Shown here in pieces: positions 13,951-27,500 of a stretch of DNA of 64,000 bases; position 1 is the stretch's first letter; the number at the start of each line of letters is the position of its first letter. The translations under genes were made by a program, and so were the position numbers. Origin of the DNA: Thalia democratica (taxonomy: Eukaryota); the NCBI GenBank assembly GCA_965202585.1, contig OZ241828.1, positions 81,282,001 through 81,346,000 on the forward strand, read 5' to 3'. The notes beneath the pieces are model-generated. The model was not told the origin of the DNA. It did no database searches and saw only the letters and a list, made by a program, of their open reading frames with translations.

Positions 13951-15595
13951 ATACACAAGGTGTATCAAAACTTTGTATTTATTATACATTAAAAAATAAA
14001 AACATAAAAATAATTAATTATTCAAACATTTAAATATTACTTTAAACTTTACTTAGTTTACACGTTTTTAATTGCATAAAAATTTTAACAAATGACGCAA
14101 CGTTCGTTCTTATTAATATTTTAATTAGAATTTCCACTTTATAATACTCAGGTATGTTTTTAGCAAAATTTTGAACTTTTTTAATAAATACTTTTATACA
14201 CTTATTAGCCTCTACACTTAGCTTTAAAATTTTATTAAGTTTAAAGCTAACTACTAAATTGTAAAATACTAGTATGTTTTTTTTGATAATAAACAAAATT
14301 TAGTAATCGTTAGAAATATATACTCGTTAGAACTTATCACACACGTTTTTCAGATACTTAAACCTTAAAAACGATATTGTCAAATATTCAAAATTATATT
14401 CAAAACAACTTAACTTTCAAATTTAGGGGTAGCAAATATTTCTACCTTAATTGGTGTAAAAGAGAACACTTTTATGTAAATTTAATTTAAATAAAATCTT
14501 TTAAGATCTAAACGTTTACACTAAATGTTTTCAAGATGAACGAAGCATAGTTAGGTACAAATAAAAAATAACAGTACGCAAAATGAAAAGTTTATTAGTC
14601 ATGATGATTTATACAGACACTCGTTTTAACGACAATTTTAAATAATTACGTATGAAGTAGACTTGAAATATACATATATATAATTACAATAGTAAACACT
14701 TTCTTAGTGCAGCTTCAAAACAAAAACGTGGTAATGAATCACGTTAAAATATTTAAAGATTTTTTTTCAAATAACAACAGTTGAAGCTTGTATACAGTTT
14801 TTAAGGTTGTTTGTAATTAATTGTTCGTATAAACTTTTAAAATTCAACAAAATTTAAAAGAGCAAAAAATGCAAATCGTTGTTAGCAAAGCGGGGAATCG
14901 TGTGAAACGTGAGGGAATCTTCATACGTATCAACAGCATTATGACGTATGCACAACAAACGTAAGCCAGCGGCGGTTACAATGCGGAAGGTAGTTTGAGG
15001 CTGAGTGTTCAGAACGGTTCGTGTTGACAACTAACAGAAGACAAATCTCGTTTGATGACGAGAGCACTATCTTTCGTCTGCTTTGAAATCGATAAATTTC
15101 ACAAAGTTCAAAGCGTAAACTTTTTAATGAGTAAAAAGCGAAAAGTTCAGCTGCGAGGTTCTTGTATAAAGTAGTCGGGCGAGCACAAGCGAGCTTGCAA
15201 AAGAGCCGTAAACGTGGAAAGAGGAATCTGTGCTTTGAAATATCACGTAGAGAGAGAGGTAGATTTTTACAAAAAAGTGTGTCAGAAGCGTTAGTACCTA
15301 GAATGGCCGATTTCGTTTTTGCCGCCACAACAAAGTGTGTGTTTTCGTACACCAATGCTCGAAATAAATTAAAGCAGTTGAAAAGTGCCTCGACAAGCCG
15401 TTTAAATCGTCAGTTTTGAGGTAGAATCGAACTTGTTTTCAATTTTTTTGTTGACTTTTCGTCGTTTGGTAGGAACAAAGCGGTCTTCGAAGAATCAAAC
15501 TCGGAAATAAAAAATCAAGAAAGTTGTTTTGAACTAAACGTTAAACTATGATCATAATTTTAAGTTTTTTAATTTTTTTTTGGACTTGTTACTAT

Positions 15596-18500
15596 CTACG
15601 CCTCTGTTACTTTCGTTCCTTCTTCAAATGTAGCGATATCTCCAGCTGTAGAATAAACTAGGTTAAAAATTTTAATTGAACTTATCTTTTCAAATAAAGA
15701 TATAAGTGTTCCTTAAAACTAAAAAGTCAAATTTTTATCTTTCAAAAGATTGTTTTCTAAATATTTTTGTTGAACATTTTGAACCGGTACAAACTACTCA
15801 CTCAAATTCTCCGTGTGTTTAAAACTATGTTTTGGAATCGGGTAAGACAGCAAAACTTCGTCGGCTCCATTCTAAACGAAGTATGAATTTATTAATTAGA
15901 AGTTATTTTGTTAAAACTTACGTTGTAATGAAGTATTAAATTGTCATCTTACCTGGTCAACAGCGCACTCCAGTGGTTGGTTTCCGCCGAATACCGACCT
16001 CATCCTTTCTTTGATGCTTTTCTGGGGCGAGACTGAGTTGTTGCCGGACCTGGTCAGTTCGTGACTCGTTTATTCTTTAAGAAGATTAAAATAAAAGATA
16101 ATTTTTTAACGTATAAAAGAAAAGCTAAGTTTGTTTACAATGTTGTCGTACTAAAAAGCGATACTAAACTTTTGCCTTTAACGCCAAGCATTTGTATCTC
16201 TACTCAATTCACGTTTTCTTCATCATGCATAAACATCACGTTTTCATTTACGGTTTGAATATAGTTAAAATATATTTAACTTTAAACTTTGGTGGAATAG
16301 GAAAAAACAGGAAACTAACCTAAACTTTGGTGAGCTTTCATGTTTGTGTAGTTTTTCTTCGACAAAACTGATTTTGTAGTCCTTCTGTGTAAGTTACACG
16401 AAAGTTAAGAACAAAATCCTTAGAATTATTTTGTTTTGAAAAGGAAATAAGTTAAAATTTGAAAGCATTGCTCAATAAACTGTTTACATGAAAATTTATT
16501 AGTAGCAATAAATTGGTACATAAAATCCCTAGATTTTTGCACAAAAAAACTTACATTTTCTTTTTGGAGTAAAAAATTGTTTTGGTTGTTATCAATGTTC
16601 ACAAACGGCTGCCGAAAATTTACTTCAACTTTATCTTCGGTTTGTAAATCTGAACTTGACGTTTTACTGTGAATCAAAAAATAATTACTTCCTTAAAACT
16701 TTTAGGGTTACACTTATTTGTTATACATATCGTAACAAGCGATAATTAACTAAAATTTTATGTACGCAATCTTTTTTTAATTGTTTTTATATAATTTTGT
16801 TTTTTTGTTAAAGATATATGTCATCAACATTATTAGTTTAAGAGTTTAATTTATCAACCTGCTTTTGTAGGTTGTTTCGATTTCAGACATTTCTAATTGA
16901 GCCTCATTTCTCTTTTCCATACAATTGAAACAAAATATTGACTTGTGAAAGTAGTTTCTGCAATTTATAGAGATTAATTAACATATTAAAATACATGCAT
17001 ATTTTGGTAAAACAAATAAGTTTGGAATAAAAAATTGATAAAAGACTATTCAAGAATGTATAAATAATTTTTGTATATAACTACAAATTAAATAGTTGAA
17101 TCATTGGTAAACTGTTTTGATTAAAAATGATGATCGTATTTTAAGACATATACAATCAATACTCTCTGAAATTCAAGTTGGTGAGTTTATATAAGTAGAA
17201 TAAAGGAATTTTAGACTTTTAATAATTGACATTTCTCTTTGTTATATTATTTAGATTAATTTTATAAAAACTAAGTAACTGGTCACTTAATAATCGTTTT
17301 ATTTAGTTAAATAAATTCAAGCAACTTTTATACGAACGCTAATGGTCATACTAGTCCTATTTTTTTACATACATTATTCTATTAAGGAATACAATTTCAT
17401 TTAACGGGAATATTGGTTACAAAGAACAGCCCTAGAATTTAATCGATTATTTTTTATAGAAACGCTGTGTACATAGTCATTAAAAAACTTTTTATTAAAC
17501 TTTTATAGAAAATTAATGTTTTTATTTCACTTTGATTTTTATCAGAAAAGTAATATTTTTTTTTCACTTTGATGTGTATTAAACAAAAGTTACTAGTCCC
17601 GACCTGTTTCCGTTTTTTACAACTTTCCACATCAGCAGAGCGAAAAGGGTGATGATGAAAACGGAAACCATTACGGGAACCATTATTTGCAAAATGGTTG
17701 CAAAGTTGCCTGCTGGTGCATTGGTTATCTCATTTGAACCAGATCTTTCCGTCATAAACAACCATTTGGAGGTGTTGGTTGACATGCCTGTAATTTGTTT
17801 TTTATCACTTTATTAGCGTTCTCTTCACAATTTAAAAACAATACATTAAGAATAATGCTAAAATTTTTTAAAGTAATCGAAAAGTTTAGAAAAATGATTG
17901 TTTTATATATAATTTGCGGTTAGTTTGGTATAAGCCAGTAGTTACTGAGTTTATATACTTTATAAACTATTCATAGTAAAATAAAGAACAAACCATGTTC
18001 ACCTTAAGTTGTCAGACTGTATTTGATGAAATAGAACTACTAATTAGTTTGTTTTTATGTATTTTCTATATAAATTTATATATTAAGCTGGTTTTGAGAA
18101 CTTTTCGATATGATTTAAACAGGAATTTTGAAACACTTCGTCATACGAAAGTATTACATTAATTAAAGTATTTATGTAGTATACTTGATTATTTTAACAA
18201 AAAAAAGACTAAACAAGTGAGCGTTTTTTTATTAATTTTCAATGACTATATAAAAGAGAAACAATATTACAACATAAAAACTATACTTTTACTACCGTAA
18301 CAAAGTTGTATAAATTAAAAAATGTTTCATGTCAAAATGTAAATTCAAAAACCGGTATATACACACATTAAAACACACTTATAAATAAAAGTTTTACAGA
18401 CAAGTATGAAGTTCTTGTATAAAAACACTTCAACACTCACCCAAGTTAACTTTTGGCGGAAACTCACTGCAAGCAGAGTTGCCCTTCACGTGGAAGTCAG

Positions 18501-21500
18501 CCGCGTTACCACCGAGCTTGAAAAGTTCACACCCTTCAGAATGCGCGTTCAACACAACCCGCCACGCACCCTCGTGCAAGCAGTTGAACGCCACTGTTTT
18601 GTTGAACTCAGGTTTTGAGCTGGCGTCGCCTGCGCATGATACAATGAAGAGTTGAAAAGTGCACATGTTTTATACTTTCAATAGAAACGCTTAGCGTCTA
18701 GTTAGTTATCTATGAGCTAATAAATAGTTTAGGTGCTTAGGGTTATTCGAGTTTAGAATTTAATATATTAATTTGTTGAAATTTTTGTCGTTTTAATAAT
18801 ATTGTTACATTTTGTTAAAAAGATATAAAACTTTAAAAAGTTTTCGATAGTTCAGTATTATTGGTTCGGAAAATTGCTTAAATGGATTTCTTAACTTTTT
18901 CTAATTACTAAATGATCGTAAAACATTCCACACTACGTCACGAACCGGATTTAAACGTCTTAGAGAAAAACTGTCTCTGGTTAGCCTCGTCTTTCAACAC
19001 AACGTCGTAATACACGAAATCATTCTGCTTGTCAGTGAAGTTCGGTTCCGACCATCTTGCCACTGTCCTGTTGTCTTCTTCTGATATGCGCAAGTTCGCT
19101 GAAGCCAAGAAGGGAGATTCTGAAAGTTTATACTTTAAAAAGACATGTGTATAACAAGAAAAGGTGTCTAATATTTTTTCTGTTAATTTAAAATTAAACA
19201 AAGAAAAATTCTGTTTGAAAATTTAGAATCTTTTTAAAATAAGGTACTTTCAAAGTCGATGTTTTTATATTTTTTTTTAAAGACAGGCATTTTTTAACAT
19301 TTATTTTTGTAACTGAGTTAACTTTCAACTGTTTATTAAGGATGAATAGGAAAATTTTATTCTTTAAACAGGCATAATATAAAAATACTAAAATGTATTA
19401 TCATGTTTTGTTATTAAAACTAGAAAGAAACACTTATTCAAAACTTTAGGTGTTTTTTAATTAAAGCCACTTAAAAGTCGATATTTTTATATTTTCTTAA
19501 AACAAATGAACTGTAAAAAAGTTTAGCTGTTTAACTTCAATTAGTTTTATGGTCAGCATCATAAAACGCTTGAACAAACTTGGACAAGTCGTTTTCACGG
19601 AAAACACAGGTAGCGAAAGCTCTTTTTCGTTTTTAGAGTTTCTAAAGTTTGCTCTCAATCGAAAGTTGTATGGTGTGTTTGGGTACAAGTTTTCAACAAC
19701 CAACCAATTGTTTTTTCTAAAAAAGTTAAGTTATAAGTTTATTTGATTTAGTACTTACTTTTTAAAATCTGTTAAAAACTTTTACAATAAAAAATAAAAC
19801 CTTTAGATTACTAGCTAGCTAATTTAGTATTGTTTTCAAACACACAGTTTAATCTTAAAGCAGTTTATTACATTGATATATTCAAATAAGTAATAAAAGC
19901 TTTGAGAATAAATAATTTGGTTTATATTTCATTTGACAGTTATTTCTGAGCTATATAGCCTTTCTTATTGTTTTCAAACGTTTAAATTGTATGCAAATTC
20001 AAAAGTTCAAACGTAGAAGAGCAGTTTCGGTGGTATTCGCTCGACATTTGGTGGCAAACTTGGAAAGTGTCGACGGTTTTATTTTCCTCTCCCGCTGCTG
20101 GCTTGTACTCCCAAGTAACGTTGATTGAAGTCGCCTTCACCTCTGCCGCCTTCCAAGTTACCTCTTCTCCCACATTCGGCTGGTTCACTGTTAAATAAAA
20201 AAATATTGTTGTAAAAATAAATTTAATTCACTAAAAGACAAAAAACTGAATTGTTTATTTTCAATTGTTCTTAAGTAACTATATAAACAAAATAAAACTG
20301 ACAAAAGTTTTAGACAAAGCTATCTAATAAAAAAAAATGTAAGTTACTTAAACTATATTTGTTTATGACAAGTTATGAGCAACAAACTTCCTAAAAAGTG
20401 AACTTGATTTCTTACAATTACGCATTCACTTTCGTCTAATGCCCGAACAGTAAAGTAGTACGCATCATAAATATCTGTAAATTTAAACTTAAAATAGTTG
20501 TTGAAAGTACATGCATTACAATAGAACAGCCTAATCAATATGGGTATATTCACATATACATTAATGTGTTTGTTGTTTATTTTGTTGCAATAGCAACTTT
20601 TTGCAAGGCAAACATTTTTCTTTTGTTCTTAAAAGTTTATTTTAGTCTTACTTTAGATTAGATTAAGTTTTTTTAATTGTTCTTCTTTAGTATGAACGAC
20701 AGAGTTTTATTTAGAAATAAAGCTTTAAAAAAAAATGTTATTTTTGATTTTTTATGTTTTTTTTTTTCTTATAAATATTTAAATGTTTAAGTTAATTCAT
20801 CAGGTATTTTAAAGCAGAAAAAACATAGTTCACATGACAGTAGTGCTGACTAATTTCCAACGATTAACTCGTTTCTCGGAAATGTTTTCACAAACCTTTT
20901 ATTGGAACTTGTAAACTTTGTTGCCCGCTTTGAACTTCAAAGTGCAAGTTTGACGAGTGGTTTTTGAAGCTCTTGACGAAAAAGTGAAGAGATTTTGTTT
21001 GCTCGAGAAATCCCGATGCGTTCCAGCTGATTTCCAAGTGCTTGTTGTGAAATCTTGTGTGGAAGATTTCGTCTTTTTCTAGATGTTATTTAATGGTCTT
21101 AAATAGTTTTTGATCCATTTTAGTTAAAAATCATGGTAAACTAAAACTTTAAAGTAATATATTTAATAACCGAAAGCCTGTAACCTTTTTTTTGTAAGTG
21201 TAATAAAAAAAAATCTGTTATAAAAATATCTATGGCTGTTTCGTCTTTACAAAACAGAAAAAAAAAACACTTTTTTAAATTTTAGATAAAAGCAATGTAG
21301 TACAAAGCAAATTTTCTAAATCCCTAAACTACAGTTTATTTTTGATAATATGTAAAATTACAACTTACTTTCAACACTGCAACTTTTCCCCCTCTCCTTC
21401 CTGTCTACCACGTCAAACACGTGTTTGTGGTGGTAACTCTGCGACGGGTGCTCGTAAGCCGCGTACTTTTCGTACCCGTGCCCAGTTTCGGGCCTGACCG

Positions 21501-24500
21501 CGTACCAGAACTGCTCGTCCCGCTTCAACCCTTCGAACACGTGGAACCTGGTTGCCGTGGGATCGGACACGTGACCCGCGGTGTCCAATGGAAACGCGCG
21601 GATGGTCCGGTGCGTTTCCATGCCGCCCCTCACCCCGTGACCACTTATGAACTGGAAAAAATTATTTTGGTTTAAACTTTCTTTGTATATTATCTTAGTT
21701 TTTTGTTTACAAGTTATTTATAAAACTTTAAAATACTTATTACGCTAAACTAAACATTTCCTTTATTGTAAACAAGCAGAAATTAAATATCTTATATATA
21801 CTAGTTTCTTAACAATTTAAACTAAAACTGAAACTGTTTATAACAATTTAGGTTTTTAAATAAAAAATTTACATGATAATACATAATTTTTTATATTAGC
21901 CAAGTTTAATTTTTTAATAAATGCAATCATACATACATCTACTTTAATACTTTAGCTCTTTTAAAGTGGTCTAATCGAATAAGTTAACTTTTTTAGTAGA
22001 TTGTTACAATGTAAATTTATATTAAACTTTAAAATAAACAAATTAGTACTATAAAATTACAAGTATGTTTACAAATTATGTTTATATAATAAACATCATA
22101 AGGTGCTTTTATTTGTAACTTGAAAACTGTCAGTAATTAGAATTTTATTTGCCGTTTTATTGGGTTTGCTTTTAGTGACTTTGAAATAACATTATAAGTT
22201 TGTATAATAAAACCATTTTTTTCTAGCAATAATTTTGACAGTATTAACAACTGTAACGTTTAAGCATTAAATCCTATATAGTTAATTTTATGGCGCAAAC
22301 GTATACCTGATTGACAAAATTAAACTTTCAAAGTAGGCAGCTCATCCAAAATTTATATTCTGTTATTTATAAAAATTTACATATACACAAAACAAAGAGA
22401 AATGTTTAAACAAAATTACATGCAATGTGATTGGTTGATACACATTGCTTCGTCCCGCCAAGCAAACATTTTGCGGCTTTCTAGTGGTCGGCAGCAGATA
22501 ACCACTGCCAGTTAAACCGACATAAACTTTGCCTTACACAGAAGTTACGTCACAATGTAAAGTGAGTTAGAGTGAGGGCATGTTTGTTTGTATTTAAATG
22601 AAGTGTGTAGTGCTTCAAATTGAATATACAGAAAAGTTGTTTTTGTTTTTAGTAACATAAAAGTAGTTGTATGATAAATTATAATTAATAGTTATTTGCT
22701 AAACGATTTAAATACATTTAAGACTAGTTTAAATAATTTAAAACGTAAATATGTTATAAATATAAAAATATAATTGCACGTATTTAAAAACAAGATACTA
22801 AGTTGCCTTGATATTGAAGCACAACTTAGTGTTGAGTGTTGACATAACTTTCAAAAATATATTAATTTTGTATCTGTTATATGCCATGAATATCATAAAG
22901 AACTCTATTTGTTTTATTTTCAGTTTTAGTAAAAAACTACTAAAAAAATTTGTTGCTAGAAATTAAATATTTCTACTACTTTTCCTTGTCGTAAACCTTA
23001 AATAAGAAAAAAAATTAAATAAAAAATAAAATATATTAGACTTAAGCTATGTTTAAAACAGGTAAGTAAACACACGAAAACTCAGATTACAAATTTAATA
23101 AAGCAGCTTAACACAATTTTAATACAATGTTTTTAAATTTTTTTGCTCAACTTAGGGGTAAACACTATTAATGCAAACCAAAATTTATAACAACACTCTC
23201 TGCATGTTGTTTTAAATTTAGTGTCAGTTTTAATTCTAAAACTTTTATATTATTAACTAAATTTCTAATTAACCAACATGATAATGGGTAATTTCTCCAC
23301 ACATCATGTCCTCGTCTCCGTCGAAACTGAAAGCCACCAAAAGTCTGTGGTTGTCCAGCTGGTAGCTGTCTGCAAACCTTCCTTTGCCCGGCGACCGGTG
23401 CTCGTTAGCAACTACGTCTGGCTCTGCGAATTACACGAGCAGTTAGAAAGCAATTAAGCTCGCAAAGTCGAGTTTAAATAAACTGAGAAAGCAATTGAGC
23501 TGTTTAAATGCCAACTTTTTGTTTGGAGATTAACGAATTACAGGCTTGACTGCTCATTTACTTATTGCTGTTGGTTGGTTTGTTTAAATGTAGTTTGTTT
23601 TCAGTTCGGTTATTTACAGTACTTAACTGATAATTAATCAGGATTACGACTATAAAAATAACTAGTGAATTTAATTTCTTTAATTTTTATTTGTTAAACT
23701 TTAATAAATGACAAAAAAAAAACGCTCAAAATATTTAACTTTAAGACCAGATGCACGAACAACCTTTTGGTTATGATGTCGCACACCATGGATGCCTTTT
23801 AACGTCTTTTTAAGGACAGATTATTAATATTTTGTAGAAGCTTTTATTTTTTTACTTTTGGATTTATTAGTTTTTTGTATCTTTTTACTATTTAATAATA
23901 GTTTTCACATTTGTATATCATTTACTTTAGTACCCATGACATAATTTTTTTGTTATTGCCGTTTGTTTCAAAAAATAATATTATTACCTATTAAAACTAT
24001 TTTTTACTTAATTTTAAAAACTGGTTATTGAAAATTATCAAAACTAAAACTTACTACAGCCTCCAGTTTTCACCATCTTGCTTGAGCTCACATCCGAGAA
24101 ATATCTTTCACCGTCTTCAGTCATCATAACTTGTATAGTGACGTCATAATCAACAAAAGGCTCAACGTCATTCAACGATACACGACAAAATGAATTACTG
24201 CATTCGAAGGTTTGTGACCTCGGGTCTGTGAATTAATACAAGAAAGTTTTTAAAACAATTTTTTATATAATGGGGTGAAACTGTTTTTGGTTACTGTAGT
24301 TGTACACAACTTAAAGTTATATGCTACTTGCATAAAATATGTTTAAAATATTAACTTAAAACCAAATTTTTCTAGTCATATTAATTTACATTGTCTCCGT
24401 ACACTTTAAGTAAAATGTAGGCATTAAAAAGTAAAAATTGCTCTAGTTAGTAAAGTTTTGTTTTGAGTTAATATAAAGCTACATATGTAAATTATGTGAT

Positions 24501-27500
24501 ATAAAAATTAAGTAACATTAATAAAAGCAAACTAATGAAAAGTTCTAAAAAAAGGTCCTTGTTTTAATTCCATGTTTGATTTCAAAAATATAAATAATAA
24601 CTTTAAGTACTTAAGTACAATAAATTTTAATACGTAATCGTAAATCTAAAATGATAATGAGAATTTGTATACCTGAATTATATGAAGGTTTAGATCTGGT
24701 GGCAACAACTTTGAAATACTTTGTGCCATTTGTTGAATAATGATTATTTTCCCATTCAACTTGTATGCTGTTGTCATTTTGTTCACTGGGAAATGCTTCG
24801 AAGCTTTTTATTGGTCGAAGAAATGAAGCTGAATTGAGTATTTGTTTGTTTATAAAAAACATTTCTTTTCTTCAAGCACAACATTACAAGGTTGCAAAGT
24901 TTTACTTAAACTTTGCAAAAGATGTATTTTATAAGATAGCTAACATTATTAAACTTAGTTCTTATAAAACAAAATACGTAATACATTTAATTTTTAAGTT
25001 AAAACAAATTAAAATTATTAATAAATTAGAACTATAAGTTGTATTCTTCTTTCTTTTTATTAATTTTTCTTTAACTTTTGAAAATAAAAGATAAAAACAT
25101 TTTTTCTCGTACAATTCTTTCAATTTAACTTTTTTTATTATTTTGTCTGTTTATTATTATTATTGGTTTATTTTCATATATAATTTAAATGTTGGTATTC
25201 ACATTCGTATTTACATTCTTCAAAAAACATGTATTTGTCTAAAAAAGACATTCGATCAGATTATGTTTTCCAAACACAAACTTTTTTTCATTTCCAGTTT
25301 TATCCTGGCGACGCTCTCACCGACGATTCCGTTCTGCCTGCACTCGTAGAACCCCTGATCTTTTTCGGACGGCTCCAGCACGAACAAGTACGTCCTCCAA
25401 CCCGACCTCTTCGTTTTCTTCTGGTACACACTCGATGAGTCGGATGTGCCTTTTTTTTAATTAAGTTAATTTCATGAAACACAAGTGGGCTACAAATGCT
25501 ATAGGGTGTTCAACAAGCACTTTAAAATTGTAACACTATAAATAAATGATACTATAATTACTTTCAAAAACTATATTTCAGATATATATTATGCACCTGC
25601 ACACTGTGAGGCAAATAATTTTAAAGTTTAAGGGCAAGTTTTGTCTAAAAAAATCAAAATGTAGTACTACATATTAAAGATAGTAGCTGTTATAACATAT
25701 GTAATATGCGTAAAATAAAGTTAACTGTTTATAAGTATTAAATAAGTTATGTGTTAAATAAAACTACACTGTATTCAACCTTTCAAACCTTTTATAACAT
25801 GTTTTATTTTTCTTTTATCACACTTTAAACAAACATACCGACAGCTTTACCATCTTTGTACCACACAGGGAAAATGTCTCGGTTCAGACTGGTGTGCTGA
25901 TCGCTGGCGCATTGCAAGTGCAGTTCCTCATTGTTGTTGTACATCTTGTACTCGAGTGTTGATCCTTGCTGTACCAACTCACCAGTGTCGGGATCGAACA
26001 TTTCTATTGAAAGCTTCGGCTTGTCTGTAGTAATTGGTTTTTGGTCAGCTTTATTTTTTTGTACAAAAGTTATAAGATTAAAACTGTAAAATAAAAATTT
26101 ATGTTCCTTTAATATTTTTATGTAGAAGTTGTAATATTGATTTTTCTGTAAATTACCCGTAATTTTTTTTATAGTTTTGAACAGATTTAAGTATAGTTAA
26201 AAGCAATTTTTTTATCAACAAACTAAAGTTTCATGAAACTGTTTTTGTGCATTTAAAATAGTCAGTTTAGGAAAAACTCTTGTAATAAACACATTTTTTC
26301 CACACTTTGTGATTTTTTAAAAGTTTGACTCATAAAGTTTCCGTTTAAGAGCAAAGAAGTTTAAAACATAAGTTTAGTTTAAACATTTTCTTCAACTACT
26401 TATTTTGTTTTTTAGCTTATAACATATTTTTTCTTGGCCTATGGTATTATTATCATAAAATGTTTTCAAAATTGTCTTGGATAAAAAGAGCTAAAACGAT
26501 TTCTAAGTTATCCTAAGTTGTTTATTTTGTAAGTATAGAATTTAGTTTTAAGTTTTGTTAGTTAACCTAGTTTAATATTGTAAAAAAATTAAGTATTATA
26601 AACAAAACAAAAAGCACAGATGCATTCCTCACAACACGTTCCCCATTAAAACAAACAACACAACATTACGTGCGACTCAAGCACATACAAGCAACTCACC
26701 GTACACCACAACTTCCACCGTTGCTTTCGCTTCGGAGCAATCCTTGCAAGCGTCGCACTCCGAGTCCCACTCTTCAACGGGTCGCACTCCCAACACGACC
26801 TTCTTCTTCATCCACTCCTCCCCCCGCTCGAACTCGTAGATGTCCTCGTTGTTTCGAACGAGCTCCGCAGCGCTCAACCGGAACAACCCGCTGTCGTGAG
26901 AGCTCTTACCGCAGTTTTCAGCTTTCTTGCCGTCCTGAGGAGGGCATACCGGGTGACCTGACATAAGCGAACGTGAAAGGAAATTTTTTTAATTACGTTT
27001 GTTATCGTTTAGGTTAGCGTTTTCTAAAAAATACAATACTCGGAGTTTGTGCAGTTGTAGTAAAACTAAGGACAATAATTGACAAAGGGGTAAAAATCTG
27101 GGGGAGGTATTTTTGAAATGTTCGATGGTTATAGCTTTATCTTTTATTTTTAGCTCGTTATTGTATAGCTTGCTACTTTTACTTTGTCGGTGAGATTTAA
27201 ACAAAAATAAGATATAATTAATTAAAATAAGTGCTTAGTGTGTTTTCTTTAACTACATCTTAATATAAAACTACTGTTGCCATTTTATACATTCTAAGAT
27301 TTGTAAAAGTGAAAAAATACCTTTTTTTTATGTTATGGCTATATTGGTGAAATAATTAACTATTAAATGGGTGATGTTTAATAAGTGAGAACGAATTTTG
27401 TTCAAATTTCTGCAAAGGGGACGATTATGAAAATGAGTTTAAGAAAATCTGGTCAGGACCAACTGTTTTGCATATTTTTTTTAACACTGTCCACGAAATA

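Noticed and set aside
14939-15355. 138-aa ORF with VAAK and KNLAAE resembling tyrosine kinase VAVK and HRDLAARN
   Set aside because: The motifs are about 55 aa apart rather than about 100, there is no G-loop or DFG, and no clean splice path from the receptor. Treated as chance.
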